DNA of 64,000 nucleotides from Candidatus Cloacimonadales bacterium. GTDB taxonomy: Bacteria > Cloacimonadota > Cloacimonadia > Cloacimonadales > JAIOQZ01. The stretch lies in the NCBI GenBank assembly GCA_963665815.1, contig OY762463.1, positions 1,152,001 to 1,216,000 on the forward strand, in the 5' to 3' direction. A program made the position numbers and the translations under genes. This document shows, piece by piece, positions 48,205-57,706 of the stretch (position 1 is the first letter of the stretch; every line of letters begins with the position of its first letter). The notes beneath the pieces are model-generated. The model was not told where the DNA came from and did no database searches. It was given only the letters and a program-made list of their open reading frames with translations.

Positions 48205-48334
48205 ACTCAACCTTAAACATGTTGTTTTCAGGACTTTACTTCTTGATTTAACTAATGCTCAGTTTAACTATTAGCTTGACATTTAAACGATTTTCAAAAG
48301 CTGTGAAATCATAAATCAATTATTTAAGGAGAAT

Positions 48335-49537
48335 ATGATGCACGTATTAGTCGTTAACAGCGGATCATCATCAATTAAGTTTCAATTGCTTAATATGGAA
48401 ACACAACAACTTCTAGCCAAGGGACTTATTGAAAGAATAGGACTCCCAATGGGGAATTTTACTTACAAACCAAATGGAAAAGACAAACAAAGTTTTGAAT
48501 TCCCAATTCCGGAACACAAAGTTGGATTAAAGAAAATGCTGGAAGTAATTGTTGATCCTGAAATTGGTGTTATTGAAAAAATAGACCAGATTGATGCTGT
48601 TGGACACAGAATCGTGCATGGTGGAGATAAAATCAAATCTTCTATTATTCTCGATGATAAATCAATTAAAACAATCGAATCATTAATCCCTCTTGCACCG
48701 CTTCATAATCCTGCGAATCTTCAGGGTGTAACTGCTCTTAAAGAACTTCTTCCTGAGTCTACACCTCATATTGGGGCTTTTGATACAGCTTTTCACGCTT
48801 CAATGCCTGCTGAATCATACATCTACCCTCTTCCTTATGAAATGTACTCAGAGCATGGTATCAGAAGATTTGGATTCCATGGAACAAGCCATAAGTTTGT
48901 TGCATTAAGAGCTGCCGAAGTTCTCAAAAAAGATATTAATGACTTCAATTGTGTAACGGTACACCTTGGAAACGGTTCATCCCTTACTGCTGTTAAAAAT
49001 GGTAAAAGTGTTGATACAACTCTTGGTTATGGTACTATGTGCGGTGTTCCGATGGGAACAAGAGCCGGTGATATTGATCCTGCGATTATCCTTCACTTAC
49101 TTGAGGATATGGGAATGAGTATAGAAGAAGTACATAAAATGATCTACAAACAAAGCGGTATGCTTGGTTTGAGCGGAATATCTTCAGACCTTAGAGATAT
49201 TGAATCCGGAGCCAATGAAGGAAACGAGAGAGCTCAGATTGCTCTTGATGTACTTGCTCACTCTATAGCAAAAAATATTTGTGCTCTTGCTTCAAATTTT
49301 GAAAGACTTGATGCAGTTATCTTCACTGCAGGTATTGGTGAAAGATCACCTGTTGTCAGAGACCTTGTCTGCAAAAAGCTTAAGGTAATAAACGCTATGT
49401 ACGATGAAACAAAAAATGATTTCAAAGGTGACGAAAGAATTATCTCTGCAGATGATTCCCCAGTGAAAATCATGGTTGTTCCAACAAACGAAGAACTCAT
49501 GATTGCCCTCGATACTGTTGAACTTGCTAAGAAATAA
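48335..49537 (+). CDS. ackA: acetate kinase
   Basis: VNSGSSSIKF, GHRIVHGG, APLHNPANL, FDTAFH, FGFHGTSH, HLGNGSS, FTAGIGE, PTNEEL. Confidence 0.96.
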   Translation: MMHVLVVNSGSSSIKFQLLNMETQQLLAKGLIERIGLPMGNFTYKPNGKDKQSFEFPIPEHKVGLKKMLEVIVDPEIGVIEKIDQIDAVGHRIVHGGDKIKSSIILDDKSIKTIESLIPLAPLHNPANLQGVTALKELLPESTPHIGAFDTAFHASMPAESYIYPLPYEMYSEHGIRRFGFHGTSHKFVALRAAEVLKKDINDFNCVTVHLGNGSSLTAVKNGKSVDTTLGYGTMCGVPMGTRAGDIDPAIILHLLEDMGMSIEEVHKMIYKQSGMLGLSGISSDLRDIESGANEGNERAQIALDVLAHSIAKNICALASNFERLDAVIFTAGIGERSPVVRDLVCKKLKVINAMYDETKNDFKGDERIISADDSPVKIMVVPTNEELMIALDTVELAKK

Positions 49538-49559
49538 TTATTCTTTATACTATAAAATA

Positions 49560-49588
49560 AAGCTGTTGGCACTGTCAGCAGCTTTTTT
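49560..49588 (+). terminator. rho-independent terminator after ackA
   Basis: AAGCTGTTGGCA-c-TGTCAGCAGCTT followed by Ts. Confidence 0.75.
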
Positions 49589-49701
49589 GTTTATTATATT
49601 GATTAAAATAAATACATTCAGACACAAGATATTGTAGCACTACTGTTTCTGTAACATGTTTATCGGATTTTTGTGTTTCTTGATTATAACGTTGCTGATG
49701 T

Positions 49702-49767
49702 GTCAAAACAAATCCTTTTGATGTTTTTCAAACATCAAGACAGATCATAGCCTATGCAAGCTTGATC
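49702..49767 (+). pseudogene. possible decayed IS110-family transposase fragment
   Basis: Frame reads VKTNPFDVFQTSRQIIAYASLI, resembling the IS110 'E...F..F...RQL..YAGLD' segment; in-frame stop just upstream. Confidence 0.3.
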
Positions 49768-49896
49768 AAATATTCCGAACAGGTTGAGACAAACGGTAGA
49801 TTGAATCAGATATCTATCATTGCTTCTAAAGTTGAGCTGTTTCCACTTTGGAAAGAGTTGATTTCTTTGATTTGAGCTTATATGAAATCCTTACAA

Positions 49897-50106
49897 GTTG
49901 CTACAATTACTGTAAGAGTTATCAACATTGATGAAAGCAAGAAGAGAATCTCTCTTGAGCCTTCTGAAATGCCTGAGCAGCCTGAACAACAGGAAAGACC
50001 TCAGTACAACGAAAGACGTAGAAATAATGATAACAGAGGTGAATGGAAACGTTATGCAAATGAAAACTGGGATAACCAGTTAGATAGTCCATTCAAAGAT
50101 TTATAG
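49897..50106 (+). pseudogene. orphan 3' fragment of an S1-domain gene (ribosomal protein S1-like C-terminus)
   Basis: ITVRVINIDESKKRISL (end of an S1 domain), charged tail ending SPFKDL*, own terminator; no RBS and no 5' part. Confidence 0.55.
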
Positions 50107-50130
50107 AATTAAATTTCACAAAATTATCTA

Positions 50131-50162
50131 AAAGCTGCGTTCTTGTGACGCAGCTTTCTTTA
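50131..50162. terminator. bidirectional terminator
   Basis: AAAGCTGCGT-tcttgtg-ACGCAGCTTT between convergent ORFs. Confidence 0.8.
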
Positions 50163-50196
50163 TGTAATTATTTTAGATCAGACTTTTATTTCCGAA

Positions 50197-50685
50197 TCAA
50201 AAGTTGTATACAAAGTAAATGGACTTATCATCGAAACCAAGTTGAAATTGCCTTTTAATCGCAGGTCTGCTATTAAAAGAATAGTACTCACTAATGGCTC
50301 TGTCAGTGTGCTTGTGAGCACTTTTCTCAAACATAACAGCAATAATAAACATTCCTGCACCAACACCGGCTAAACCCCATTCAGGTTCTCCACCACCAAG
50401 TTGTGTTCCAATTGGATATCCAATCAAAAATCCTGCCGGAATTGCAAAAGCTTTTCCAATCAAGTTTCTTTTCTTTGCAATCTGCATTTCTTGTCTGGCA
50501 ACAGAGTTTGAATCCACGATCGCAGCAATATCACTCAGACCAATCATTTGTCCGTTGAGCTTGTAGATTGTACCCAATCCTCTCTTTTCAATCTGAATCT
50601 TATTCTGATCTTCAGCAAAAGCTTGTAATGCAAATAAAACTAATACGATAAAAATAATGTTTTTTAATTTAAATGTCCCTTTCAT
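50197..50685 (-). CDS. hypothetical exported/membrane protein
   Basis: Signal peptide, Gly-rich hydrophobic hairpin (GFLIGYPIG..LGGG...WGLAGVGAG), terminal Phe. Confidence 0.7.
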   Translation of the reverse strand: MKGTFKLKNIIFIVLVLFALQAFAEDQNKIQIEKRGLGTIYKLNGQMIGLSDIAAIVDSNSVARQEMQIAKKRNLIGKAFAIPAGFLIGYPIGTQLGGGEPEWGLAGVGAGMFIIAVMFEKSAHKHTDRAISEYYSFNSRPAIKRQFQLGFDDKSIYFVYNF

Positions 50686-51051
50686 TATTGAAAACTCTCC
50701 TATGATTATATTTTGCTCAATGAATATTTAACAGAGTTTTGTCTGTCAATGATTTTATGCTGTCTGCATTCACATAGAGACAAACGGCTGTAGTCACCAT
50801 ACTGTCTTAACCTTGATTCCAATGGTTTACCCGATTGGAGGATTGTTTACCTGAACACCTTCCAAATGATACTTAGCCCCGTAGATGTTTCCGCAGGAAT
50901 ACATCCAAAGAAGTTTGCAATGGTATGAAATTAAAGATTTACTTTGGTGTAAGCTCTTTCGTATGGCTGAAAGACTTCGCAATGGTAGACTTAAACCAAG
51001 GAAAGACACGGAAAATGTTATGATGCTTTTTTATAGATGAAACTGATCTAA

Positions 51052-51165
51052 TACGATGTGAAACATCGTAAGTAGGGAACAATAATCATTGTTCCATCTT
51101 GCAAGGTTGATTCTTATATCATGTCAAGACCACCATTCGCAAGGTCTTAGGACCATTGCGAAGGT
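51052..51165. repeat. cluster of REP-like hairpins
   Basis: TACGATGT-gaa-ACATCGTA; GTAG+GGAACAAT-aatc-ATTGTTCC; ACCATTCGCAAGGTC-ttag-GACCATTGCGAAGGT. Confidence 0.55.
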
Positions 51166-51308
51166 ATCATATTAAGATGGCCGTGAACTCGACATCTCAC
51201 CGTTAATGCTTCCGAAGAAATACATATAGGGAGAACAAGTTTTGCGCGGACTTGAGTTCGCTTATCAACTATTGAAATTCTCGAATGGTTAAATAAATTT
51301 TTCTCCAC

Positions 51309-51341
51309 AAAAAAGCCTGCTGAGCAGATTCAGCAGGCTTT
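51309..51341 (-). terminator. rho-independent terminator
   Basis: Minus strand AAAGCCTGCTGA-loop-TCAGCAGGCT followed by Ts. Confidence 0.85.
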
Positions 51342-51360
51342 AAGTGTTTATTATAAGAGT

Positions 51361-52485
51361 TTATTCAGAAATAATTTCTACGTTTGCTCTTGGGATTACA
51401 ACTTCTTCACCGGTATCCAGTTTAGCTTTAAGGATTCTCACAAGAGTCTCACTTTCAACTTTATAGAGTTCTTCCGGAATAGAAGTGATTTTACCGATAT
51501 GACCGAAGTTAGGCTGTCTGATAACACGAATCATAGATCCGATTTCCAGAGTAGGCATTTTTGCTTCTTCAGCACCAAGGTCTTTCTGGTCAAATTCGAT
51601 AGGGATGATAATCTCAGGTCTCATAACACCGGCACGAATCTGTGTTTTACCGTGAACAGAAGCTTTCTTGCCGTTAAACTGTTTGAGAAGACCGAAAGTC
51701 TTGTCAGCCATTTTAATTTTACCGAAACCTTCAGTAACAACGATGGTTGTTCCGATTTTCTCGTGTCCTGTAATTGCAACACCAATATCGTAACCAAGCA
51801 ATTCTTTAAGATCCTGGTCATCAATACCACCGGTGATGATAGCGTTAACACCGCACTTTATGGCTTTGTTAATTGCATCAAGTGAGATCATTGAACCGGA
51901 CACAATAATTTTGCCTTTATGTGCATCAGTTATTTTGTCTGCTTTCAGTTCTTCATTAGGATCACTTATCAGTAATTCTATATTACCTGTAGTTTCTCCT
52001 GAAAGACCGAAGATCCCCTGAATATAAGCAGATCTGTTTTCAACAATTACCCCTTCTTCAGGGACAACGTCAACAACAACACTATCGATAAAAGCTCTTA
52101 CTTCTACAGGTATTCTTGGCTCTCTGAGAAGCATCTGTCCTGTGTGAGCAGAAACACTTTCAACCTCTCCATCAGTTGGAGATTTAACTGTAGATTTGAA
52201 CATACCGAGGAAACCTTTTGTTTCAGCAAGAACTTGTCCCTTCTTGATGAATTCTCCCGGTTTTACATGGAGAAACTGCCCCAGAAGCTGAGGAGTAGTC
52301 CCAAGTTTATTTGCAAGGTTAATAGGAACGACTTTCCCCGGAAGCATTGTTACTGCAACAACATCTTCAGCTTTAACCTTATCACCTTTTTTTACTTTTA
52401 CTTCCCCTTTTAAAGGAAGAATTCTTTCTTTTCTTAAAACAATATTATCTGTAACTGCTAATCCTGGTGAATATGCTTTAGCCAT
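51361..52485 (-). CDS. conserved hypothetical protein (barrel-sandwich-hybrid motifs, alpha/beta core, C-terminal KOW/SH3-like domain)
   Basis: VKVKKGDKVKAEDVVA and VKPGEFIKKGQVLA..KSPTDGEV; GVNAIITGGID; LEIGSMIRVIR.P.FG.IGKI. Confidence 0.75.
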   Translation of the reverse strand: MAKAYSPGLAVTDNIVLRKERILPLKGEVKVKKGDKVKAEDVVAVTMLPGKVVPINLANKLGTTPQLLGQFLHVKPGEFIKKGQVLAETKGFLGMFKSTVKSPTDGEVESVSAHTGQMLLREPRIPVEVRAFIDSVVVDVVPEEGVIVENRSAYIQGIFGLSGETTGNIELLISDPNEELKADKITDAHKGKIIVSGSMISLDAINKAIKCGVNAIITGGIDDQDLKELLGYDIGVAITGHEKIGTTIVVTEGFGKIKMADKTFGLLKQFNGKKASVHGKTQIRAGVMRPEIIIPIEFDQKDLGAEEAKMPTLEIGSMIRVIRQPNFGHIGKITSIPEELYKVESETLVRILKAKLDTGEEVVIPRANVEIISE

Positions 52486-52494
52486 CTCTTCCTC

Positions 52495-54360
52495 CTATTT
52501 CAAGAAACTCTCAGGATAAACCTGAAGTTCCCTCATCCATTTTTTAAGCATTGGAACACGTTCGTTTGCTTCAACCGGAAGTACGAATGGAGCTCTACCA
52601 CGGGTATCAAGAACAATACCCACAACTCCACCGTGTAATTCTGTGTTAACTGGCTGGTGTTTACCTGCACCAAGGTCAAGACCTTTACCGGGTTTAAGAA
52701 CAGCTTGAGCTGTCTGACCTTCAGCGCATGGGATCAGTCTCAATTCACCATATGGGATATCTTCTTTAAAAGTAGACCCGTCTGGAAGTTTGATTTCAGC
52801 GCTTAATGCAATAGCTGTAGGCTTACACTTTCCAACAGGAGCAACACATGTACCAAGATAAACCATACAGTCTTTGTCAAACACTTCTGTTGCAGCTTCC
52901 GGAGAAATTTCGGAAAGTACACCAAGGTGAGGCATCATGAAGATACTATCTACACCAAGTCTGGTGATTCCTTCAGGAAGGAATGCGTCAATAAGCATCA
53001 TTACTGTCTGGTGTCTTCTTGGAGCGTGAGATGTAACACCACCTGATCCGACAAGCAGGTCAAGAGTCATCATGTTAACAATTGTGCTACCGGATGTTGA
53101 TTGACTGAATGCATCAGCAATCTCTCTTTTCCTTTGAGTTCCTTTAAGAGTTACAGCAAATTCTTTGTGCTGAACAAAGGCGAGTCTCAGTGCTTCTTTT
53201 GCAATAGCCTGTTCCAGAACAAGTTCTTCAAGTTTCTGAGGAATTGTTGTTGGACGGATCATTTTATTTTTAATCATATTTCTGAGTTCTGACTGGTTAA
53301 TATCCATTGGAACCCATCTTAGTATATTTTCAAGACCTGCGGAAGCAAGTACGTTAGAAATGGAGTAACTCATTCCAAGGTTAGCACTAACTGTTCTGTT
53401 GAATACTTTATCTTCTGAGAATACTGAGAAAACGTCAGTTGTAGCACCACCGATATCAACACCAAGAACTTCAATATCTCTTTGTTCGGAGATAGTTTTC
53501 ATGATATTACCCACAGCTGCAGGAGTCGGCATGATTGGAATATTCTGGATCTTACCGTTTTTCGGTCCGCGAGTCCAGCTCATAAGTTTATTATATCCCG
53601 GTGCCTGCTGCATAACGTGTTCCATGAACAGATCATGAATTTTGTCTCTTGCAGGTCCGAGGTTCTCGTTATCGAGAGTAGGTCTGAGGTTATCAGTAAT
53701 AATAAGGTCTGTTTTCTTTTCAAGAGTATCTTTAATGATATCAACAGCTTTATTGTTACCGGAATAAATTACAGGAAGTTTATAGCTTGATCCGAGTCTT
53801 GGTTTCGGATCTGCTGCAGAAACAAGCTCAGCCATTTCTGCAACGTGTTTGGTTGTTCCACCGTCAACACCACCTGCCATGAGAATCATATCCGGTCTTA
53901 AGTGTCTTATACGCTCAATCTTTTCGTAGTTGGCACGTTTATCGTTACTGGCGATAACATCCATAACGATAGCACCTGCACCAAGAGCAGCACGCTCAGC
54001 AGACTCACCTGTCATACTGGCAACAACACCGGTTACCATCATCTGAAGACCACCACCGGCACTACTGGTAGAAACATATGCATCTGCACCGACATCACCG
54101 TTTCTTGGTATGATAATCTCTTCGTTTTCAATTAATTTAATGTTAGGGTTGTTGTATTTAATGCGAGCAAGTTCTTCAAGTTCCTGCACTGCATTCACAA
54201 CACCACGTGTAACGTCATTCAATGGCGCTTCCACTGTTGTAGGAGCTTCGCCCCTGACTGTCTGACGATATTCGTTATCAACAAACTCAATGAGAATTGC
54301 TTTGGTAGTAGTACTACCACAGTCTGTAGCAATTATTCTTCTTAATTGCCCATTTGCCAT
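52495..54360 (-). CDS. GlmL/MutL-like (glutamate mutase accessory) ASKHA-fold ATPase
   Basis: DCGSTTTKA, TSSAGGGL, A.RAALGAGA, PDMILMAGGVDGG, IMPTP.AV, VDIGGATTDVFS; GGAGGAG RBS. Confidence 0.85.
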   Translation of the reverse strand: MANGQLRRIIATDCGSTTTKAILIEFVDNEYRQTVRGEAPTTVEAPLNDVTRGVVNAVQELEELARIKYNNPNIKLIENEEIIIPRNGDVGADAYVSTSSAGGGLQMMVTGVVASMTGESAERAALGAGAIVMDVIASNDKRANYEKIERIRHLRPDMILMAGGVDGGTTKHVAEMAELVSAADPKPRLGSSYKLPVIYSGNNKAVDIIKDTLEKKTDLIITDNLRPTLDNENLGPARDKIHDLFMEHVMQQAPGYNKLMSWTRGPKNGKIQNIPIMPTPAAVGNIMKTISEQRDIEVLGVDIGGATTDVFSVFSEDKVFNRTVSANLGMSYSISNVLASAGLENILRWVPMDINQSELRNMIKNKMIRPTTIPQKLEELVLEQAIAKEALRLAFVQHKEFAVTLKGTQRKREIADAFSQSTSGSTIVNMMTLDLLVGSGGVTSHAPRRHQTVMMLIDAFLPEGITRLGVDSIFMMPHLGVLSEISPEAATEVFDKDCMVYLGTCVAPVGKCKPTAIALSAEIKLPDGSTFKEDIPYGELRLIPCAEGQTAQAVLKPGKGLDLGAGKHQPVNTELHGGVVGIVLDTRGRAPFVLPVEANERVPMLKKWMRELQVYPESFLK

Positions 54361-54372
54361 ATTCTCCTCCAT

Positions 54373-54747
54373 CTATGTTTTTTTCTGTTTCTTTTTTTTG
54401 TTAAATACTGATTTAATTTTATTCCAGAACCTTTTACGAGCTTTTCTACGTTTCTCGCGTTCTTCAAAATACATTTCGTCGTCCAGAGTTTCTATTCTTT
54501 TAATCAAAAGATCAACATTTTCACGTTTCTCGAAAAAAGCTGAAAATTCCTGATAAGACTCCGGATTCTGAAAAAATATTTCTGCAAAAGGTCCAACTGC
54601 GTACAAACCCTGATTAAACAAAAAACTAAAGGGTTTATGTGCTTCCAGCATCAGAATTGCAGCTGATGCCATCTTTCTCTGCACAATGAATTCTGCTATT
54701 TTCTCAGCTACCTTTACGGCTTTTTCATCGGAAATTTCTATTATCAT
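54373..54747 (-). CDS. conserved hypothetical protein
   Basis: AILMLEAHKPFSF..Q motif, basic C-terminus; directly upstream of the GlmL-like gene. Confidence 0.7.
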   Translation of the reverse strand: MIIEISDEKAVKVAEKIAEFIVQRKMASAAILMLEAHKPFSFLFNQGLYAVGPFAEIFFQNPESYQEFSAFFEKRENVDLLIKRIETLDDEMYFEEREKRRKARKRFWNKIKSVFNKKKKQKKT

Positions 54748-54779
54748 TTTTACCTTTTTATCAAGCTGGCTGAACTTGA

Positions 54780-55466
54780 TTATGCTCTTGCAATCGTAAA
54801 TGCATGAATCCGGTCCACTCCATTTCTTTTCAGTTCTCCTGCAAGAGAAATCATGGTAGCTCCGGTAGTAAACACATCATCAATCAGAAGAACATTTCGT
54901 TTATCGAAAAGTTTCTTTATTCTGAAAGCATTTTCCAGATTCGCTTTTCTTTCAACTTTACTCAGTTTCGCCTGCATTTTTGTGTACATTGACCTTTCAA
55001 CAATATCAGTTCTCATCTCAATAAAAGAACACTCACTGACAATTTCAGCAATGTATTCAGCCTGGTTATAACCTCTTTCCCGTAATCTTACATTATGAAG
55101 AGGCACAGGAATAACAATCCAATCCTGAGGATTATACTCATTCTCAAAAAAGAAATATTTAATCCATTTTCTGAAAACAGCAGCAATTTCAGGATAATCA
55201 TTGTATTTAAAATTATGGATCAGGTTATGTATTCTTTCACTGTATGGGAACAATGATATTATTTCATCTATATTCTCATATTCTTCTACAGAAATCCTTG
55301 AATCATCGAGTCTTTCAGATTCAAGTTCCTGCAGACAACTCTTACACGCTATATTCTTATAATGATCTAACAACTCTCCGCAGCAAAAACATCTCGCCGG
55401 GAGAATCCAGTTTAAAATATCATCTAATGTATTTTTCAATGGAATCAAAAATTCGAGTTCCATCAT
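54780..55466 (-). CDS. comF: ComF-family phosphoribosyltransferase
   Basis: CxxC..CxxC zinc ribbon, PVPLH..RLRERGYNQA, LLIDDVFTTGAT. Confidence 0.92.
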   Translation of the reverse strand: MMELEFLIPLKNTLDDILNWILPARCFCCGELLDHYKNIACKSCLQELESERLDDSRISVEEYENIDEIISLFPYSERIHNLIHNFKYNDYPEIAAVFRKWIKYFFFENEYNPQDWIVIPVPLHNVRLRERGYNQAEYIAEIVSECSFIEMRTDIVERSMYTKMQAKLSKVERKANLENAFRIKKLFDKRNVLLIDDVFTTGATMISLAGELKRNGVDRIHAFTIARA

Positions 55467-56118
55467 GACTTACAACAGTATCTTCAGCAGCTCTTTCAGG
55501 ATGCGGCATCATTCCAAGGATATTACCATTTTCGTTGTATACACCGGCAATATTGTAGATTGATCCGTTTGGATTAGCCTGTTCAGTAACATTACCGTCT
55601 TTATCACAGTACCTGAAAGCTATCTGGTTATTATCCTGAATTCCCTTTAAACCGTCAGCACTGATAAAATAGTTACCGTCCTTGTGGGCAATAGGAATAT
55701 CAAGCACTTCATTCGGTTTGATATCACATGTAAATGCATTATTTATATTTACAGGTTTCAGGAATTGATGTTTACATATAAATTTAAGAGTATTGTTCAT
55801 CATTAATGCTCCTGGAAGAAGACCGGTTTCAGTCAACACCTGGAATCCGTTACATATACCAATTACGTATCCGCCTTTTTGAGCAAATTGAACAACTTCA
55901 TTGATTATTGGTGAAAATTTAGCGATTGCACCTGCTCTGAGATAATCCCCGTAAGAAAATCCACCGGGAAGAATTACAACATCAGGATTCTTAAGATCAT
56001 GGTCTTTATGCCAAACAAAAGAAACCTCATTTCCTCTTATATCAGGAATGTGGAAACTGTCATAATCACAGTTTGAGCCGGGAAAACGTACTACTGAAAA
56101 TCTAATCTTTGAACTCAT
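55420..56118 (-). CDS. purQ: FGAM synthase glutaminase subunit
   Basis: FPGSNCD, LPGGFSYGDYLRAGA, GICNGFQ, NPNGS, GMMPHPER. Confidence 0.96.
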   Translation of the reverse strand: MSSKIRFSVVRFPGSNCDYDSFHIPDIRGNEVSFVWHKDHDLKNPDVVILPGGFSYGDYLRAGAIAKFSPIINEVVQFAQKGGYVIGICNGFQVLTETGLLPGALMMNNTLKFICKHQFLKPVNINNAFTCDIKPNEVLDIPIAHKDGNYFISADGLKGIQDNNQIAFRYCDKDGNVTEQANPNGSIYNIAGVYNENGNILGMMPHPERAAEDTVVSHDGTRIFDSIEKYIR

Positions 56119-56344
56119 AATAGTATGTTTCCGTATTAGGATTTGCCAGAACTTTCTTGCAGATTTCTTCTACTTCTTTATCAGCCTGTTCTTTGCTGTC
56201 TGCGGCCAGTTCCAGTTCGATAAACTTACTTACTCTAGTATCTTTTACATTATCATAACCCAGATTATGCAATGTCTGCATAACTACTTTACCTTGTGGA
56301 TCGAGTACACTTGGTTTCAGCGTGATGTAAATTTGTACTTTCAT
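56102..56344 (-). CDS. purS: FGAM synthase PurS subunit
   Basis: LKPSVLDPQG, LANP. Confidence 0.95.
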   Translation of the reverse strand: MKVQIYITLKPSVLDPQGKVVMQTLHNLGYDNVKDTRVSKFIELELAADSKEQADKEVEEICKKVLANPNTETYYYEFKD

Positions 56345-56359
56345 TATTCCTCTTAATAT

Positions 56360-57088
56360 TTATAGTTCGTGTTTTATTTTTTCAATATGATTCATATATA
56401 TCTGTATAAAATGTCTGACAAAACCATAAGTTACGTAACCTGAAATCACAACAAACAATGTTATATGAGGAAGTTTGATCAGTGATATCAGTACAAGAAC
56501 TTTAAGTACTTTGATCAGGTTTATACTTACTGTATTATCATCTTTACAGAATTTTACAGGATATTCAATCTTACTGATCATCAGAAAAGCACCTGATAGA
56601 ACAATTAAGATCAGATACCCCTCTTTTATGGACTCCACCCAATATCTATCATTGAGCAGAATAAATGTTGTAATCAGTGAGGCGGCACCGGGAATCGGAA
56701 GCCCTTCAAACGGTTGTTTGGCACCAGTTTCAACCAATGAATTGCTGATATTGAATCTTGCAAGTCTGAATCCTCCGCATGTGATATAAATCAGAACTGC
56801 AGCAATTCCGAGTATTCCGAGATTACTTAGAGCATACTTGTAAACAAGAAATGCAGGAGCAATACCAAAAGCTACAAAATCACTTAATGTATCAAACTCA
56901 GCACCAAGTTCACTTGAAGCATCAAGAAGTCTGGCAACTTTTCCGTCAAATCCGTCACAAACGAAAGAAATGAGCAAAAGCCAGGCAGCAAATGTGTAAG
57001 CTCCTTCCGACGTCTTCAGCATCGAAAAGAAAGCAAAGCACAAACTGCTTAAAGTTAATAAATTAGGAGCAATATACTTAAATCTCAT
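56360..57088 (-). CDS. pssA: CDP-diacylglycerol--serine O-phosphatidyltransferase (CDP-alcohol phosphotransferase type)
   Basis: PNLLT, DGFDGKVAR..ASSELGAEFDTLSDFVAFG.APA, RLARFN, F.GLP.P. Confidence 0.9.
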   Translation of the reverse strand: MRFKYIAPNLLTLSSLCFAFFSMLKTSEGAYTFAAWLLLISFVCDGFDGKVARLLDASSELGAEFDTLSDFVAFGIAPAFLVYKYALSNLGILGIAAVLIYITCGGFRLARFNISNSLVETGAKQPFEGLPIPGAASLITTFILLNDRYWVESIKEGYLILIVLSGAFLMISKIEYPVKFCKDDNTVSINLIKVLKVLVLISLIKLPHITLFVVISGYVTYGFVRHFIQIYMNHIEKIKHEL

Positions 57089-57653
57089 CCTTTCCCTTTG
57101 TGATAACACTTACTCCGGAAACAAGCCTGTCTCCGGTTTTGACTTCAAGATCTCCACAATTCCTGATTTCCAGACATGCTCTGCCTGAGAAGAAAAAAAA
57201 TCCCAGAGCGGCAGATCTCTTTTCTGATCTGCTCTCAAATTTTTTGAAATTACCATTAATGACTCGAAATGATACTTTACCGGATTCGAAACCGTTATCA
57301 GTAACATTCACAGAATCTGCAATACTGGCTCGGACATCAATCTTTGCCAATAATCCCTTTTTGATGTAAATCTCTGTTGTATTTCCGTTTTTCTCAACTT
57401 TCTCAACCCTGCCGTTAATGGGTGAAACTATTCCAGCTTCAGCTTCAGGCAAAGTTCTGTATACTCTCAACATCAGGTTCACAAACAGATAAAGTATTAT
57501 ACCAGGCAATGCCAGATATTTCATTTCATCTATTTTAAACGCCATTTGAGAAATGAAAGATACTCCAATCAGAAAGATTGGAATGCTTGCATACTTATAC
57601 TTAAGTTTTGCAGCTTCAATAACATATTGAATAGGAGTCACATCATCTCTCAT
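57078..57653 (-). CDS. phosphatidylserine decarboxylase-like protein with degenerate catalytic motifs
   Basis: N-terminal TM pair, IVSPINGRV, LGFFFFSGR, VKTGDRLVSGVSVI; overlaps pssA. Confidence 0.6.
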   Translation of the reverse strand: MRDDVTPIQYVIEAAKLKYKYASIPIFLIGVSFISQMAFKIDEMKYLALPGIILYLFVNLMLRVYRTLPEAEAGIVSPINGRVEKVEKNGNTTEIYIKKGLLAKIDVRASIADSVNVTDNGFESGKVSFRVINGNFKKFESRSEKRSAALGFFFFSGRACLEIRNCGDLEVKTGDRLVSGVSVITKGKDEI

Positions 57654-57706
57654 TACATCATCCTGTCAGAGAAGGCATTATTTCTTTCAAAATAATACAC
57701 TATACC

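Noticed and set aside
56100-56118. Non-canonical ATT start for purQ
   Set aside because: An in-frame ATG four codons upstream, overlapping purS, explains it simply.
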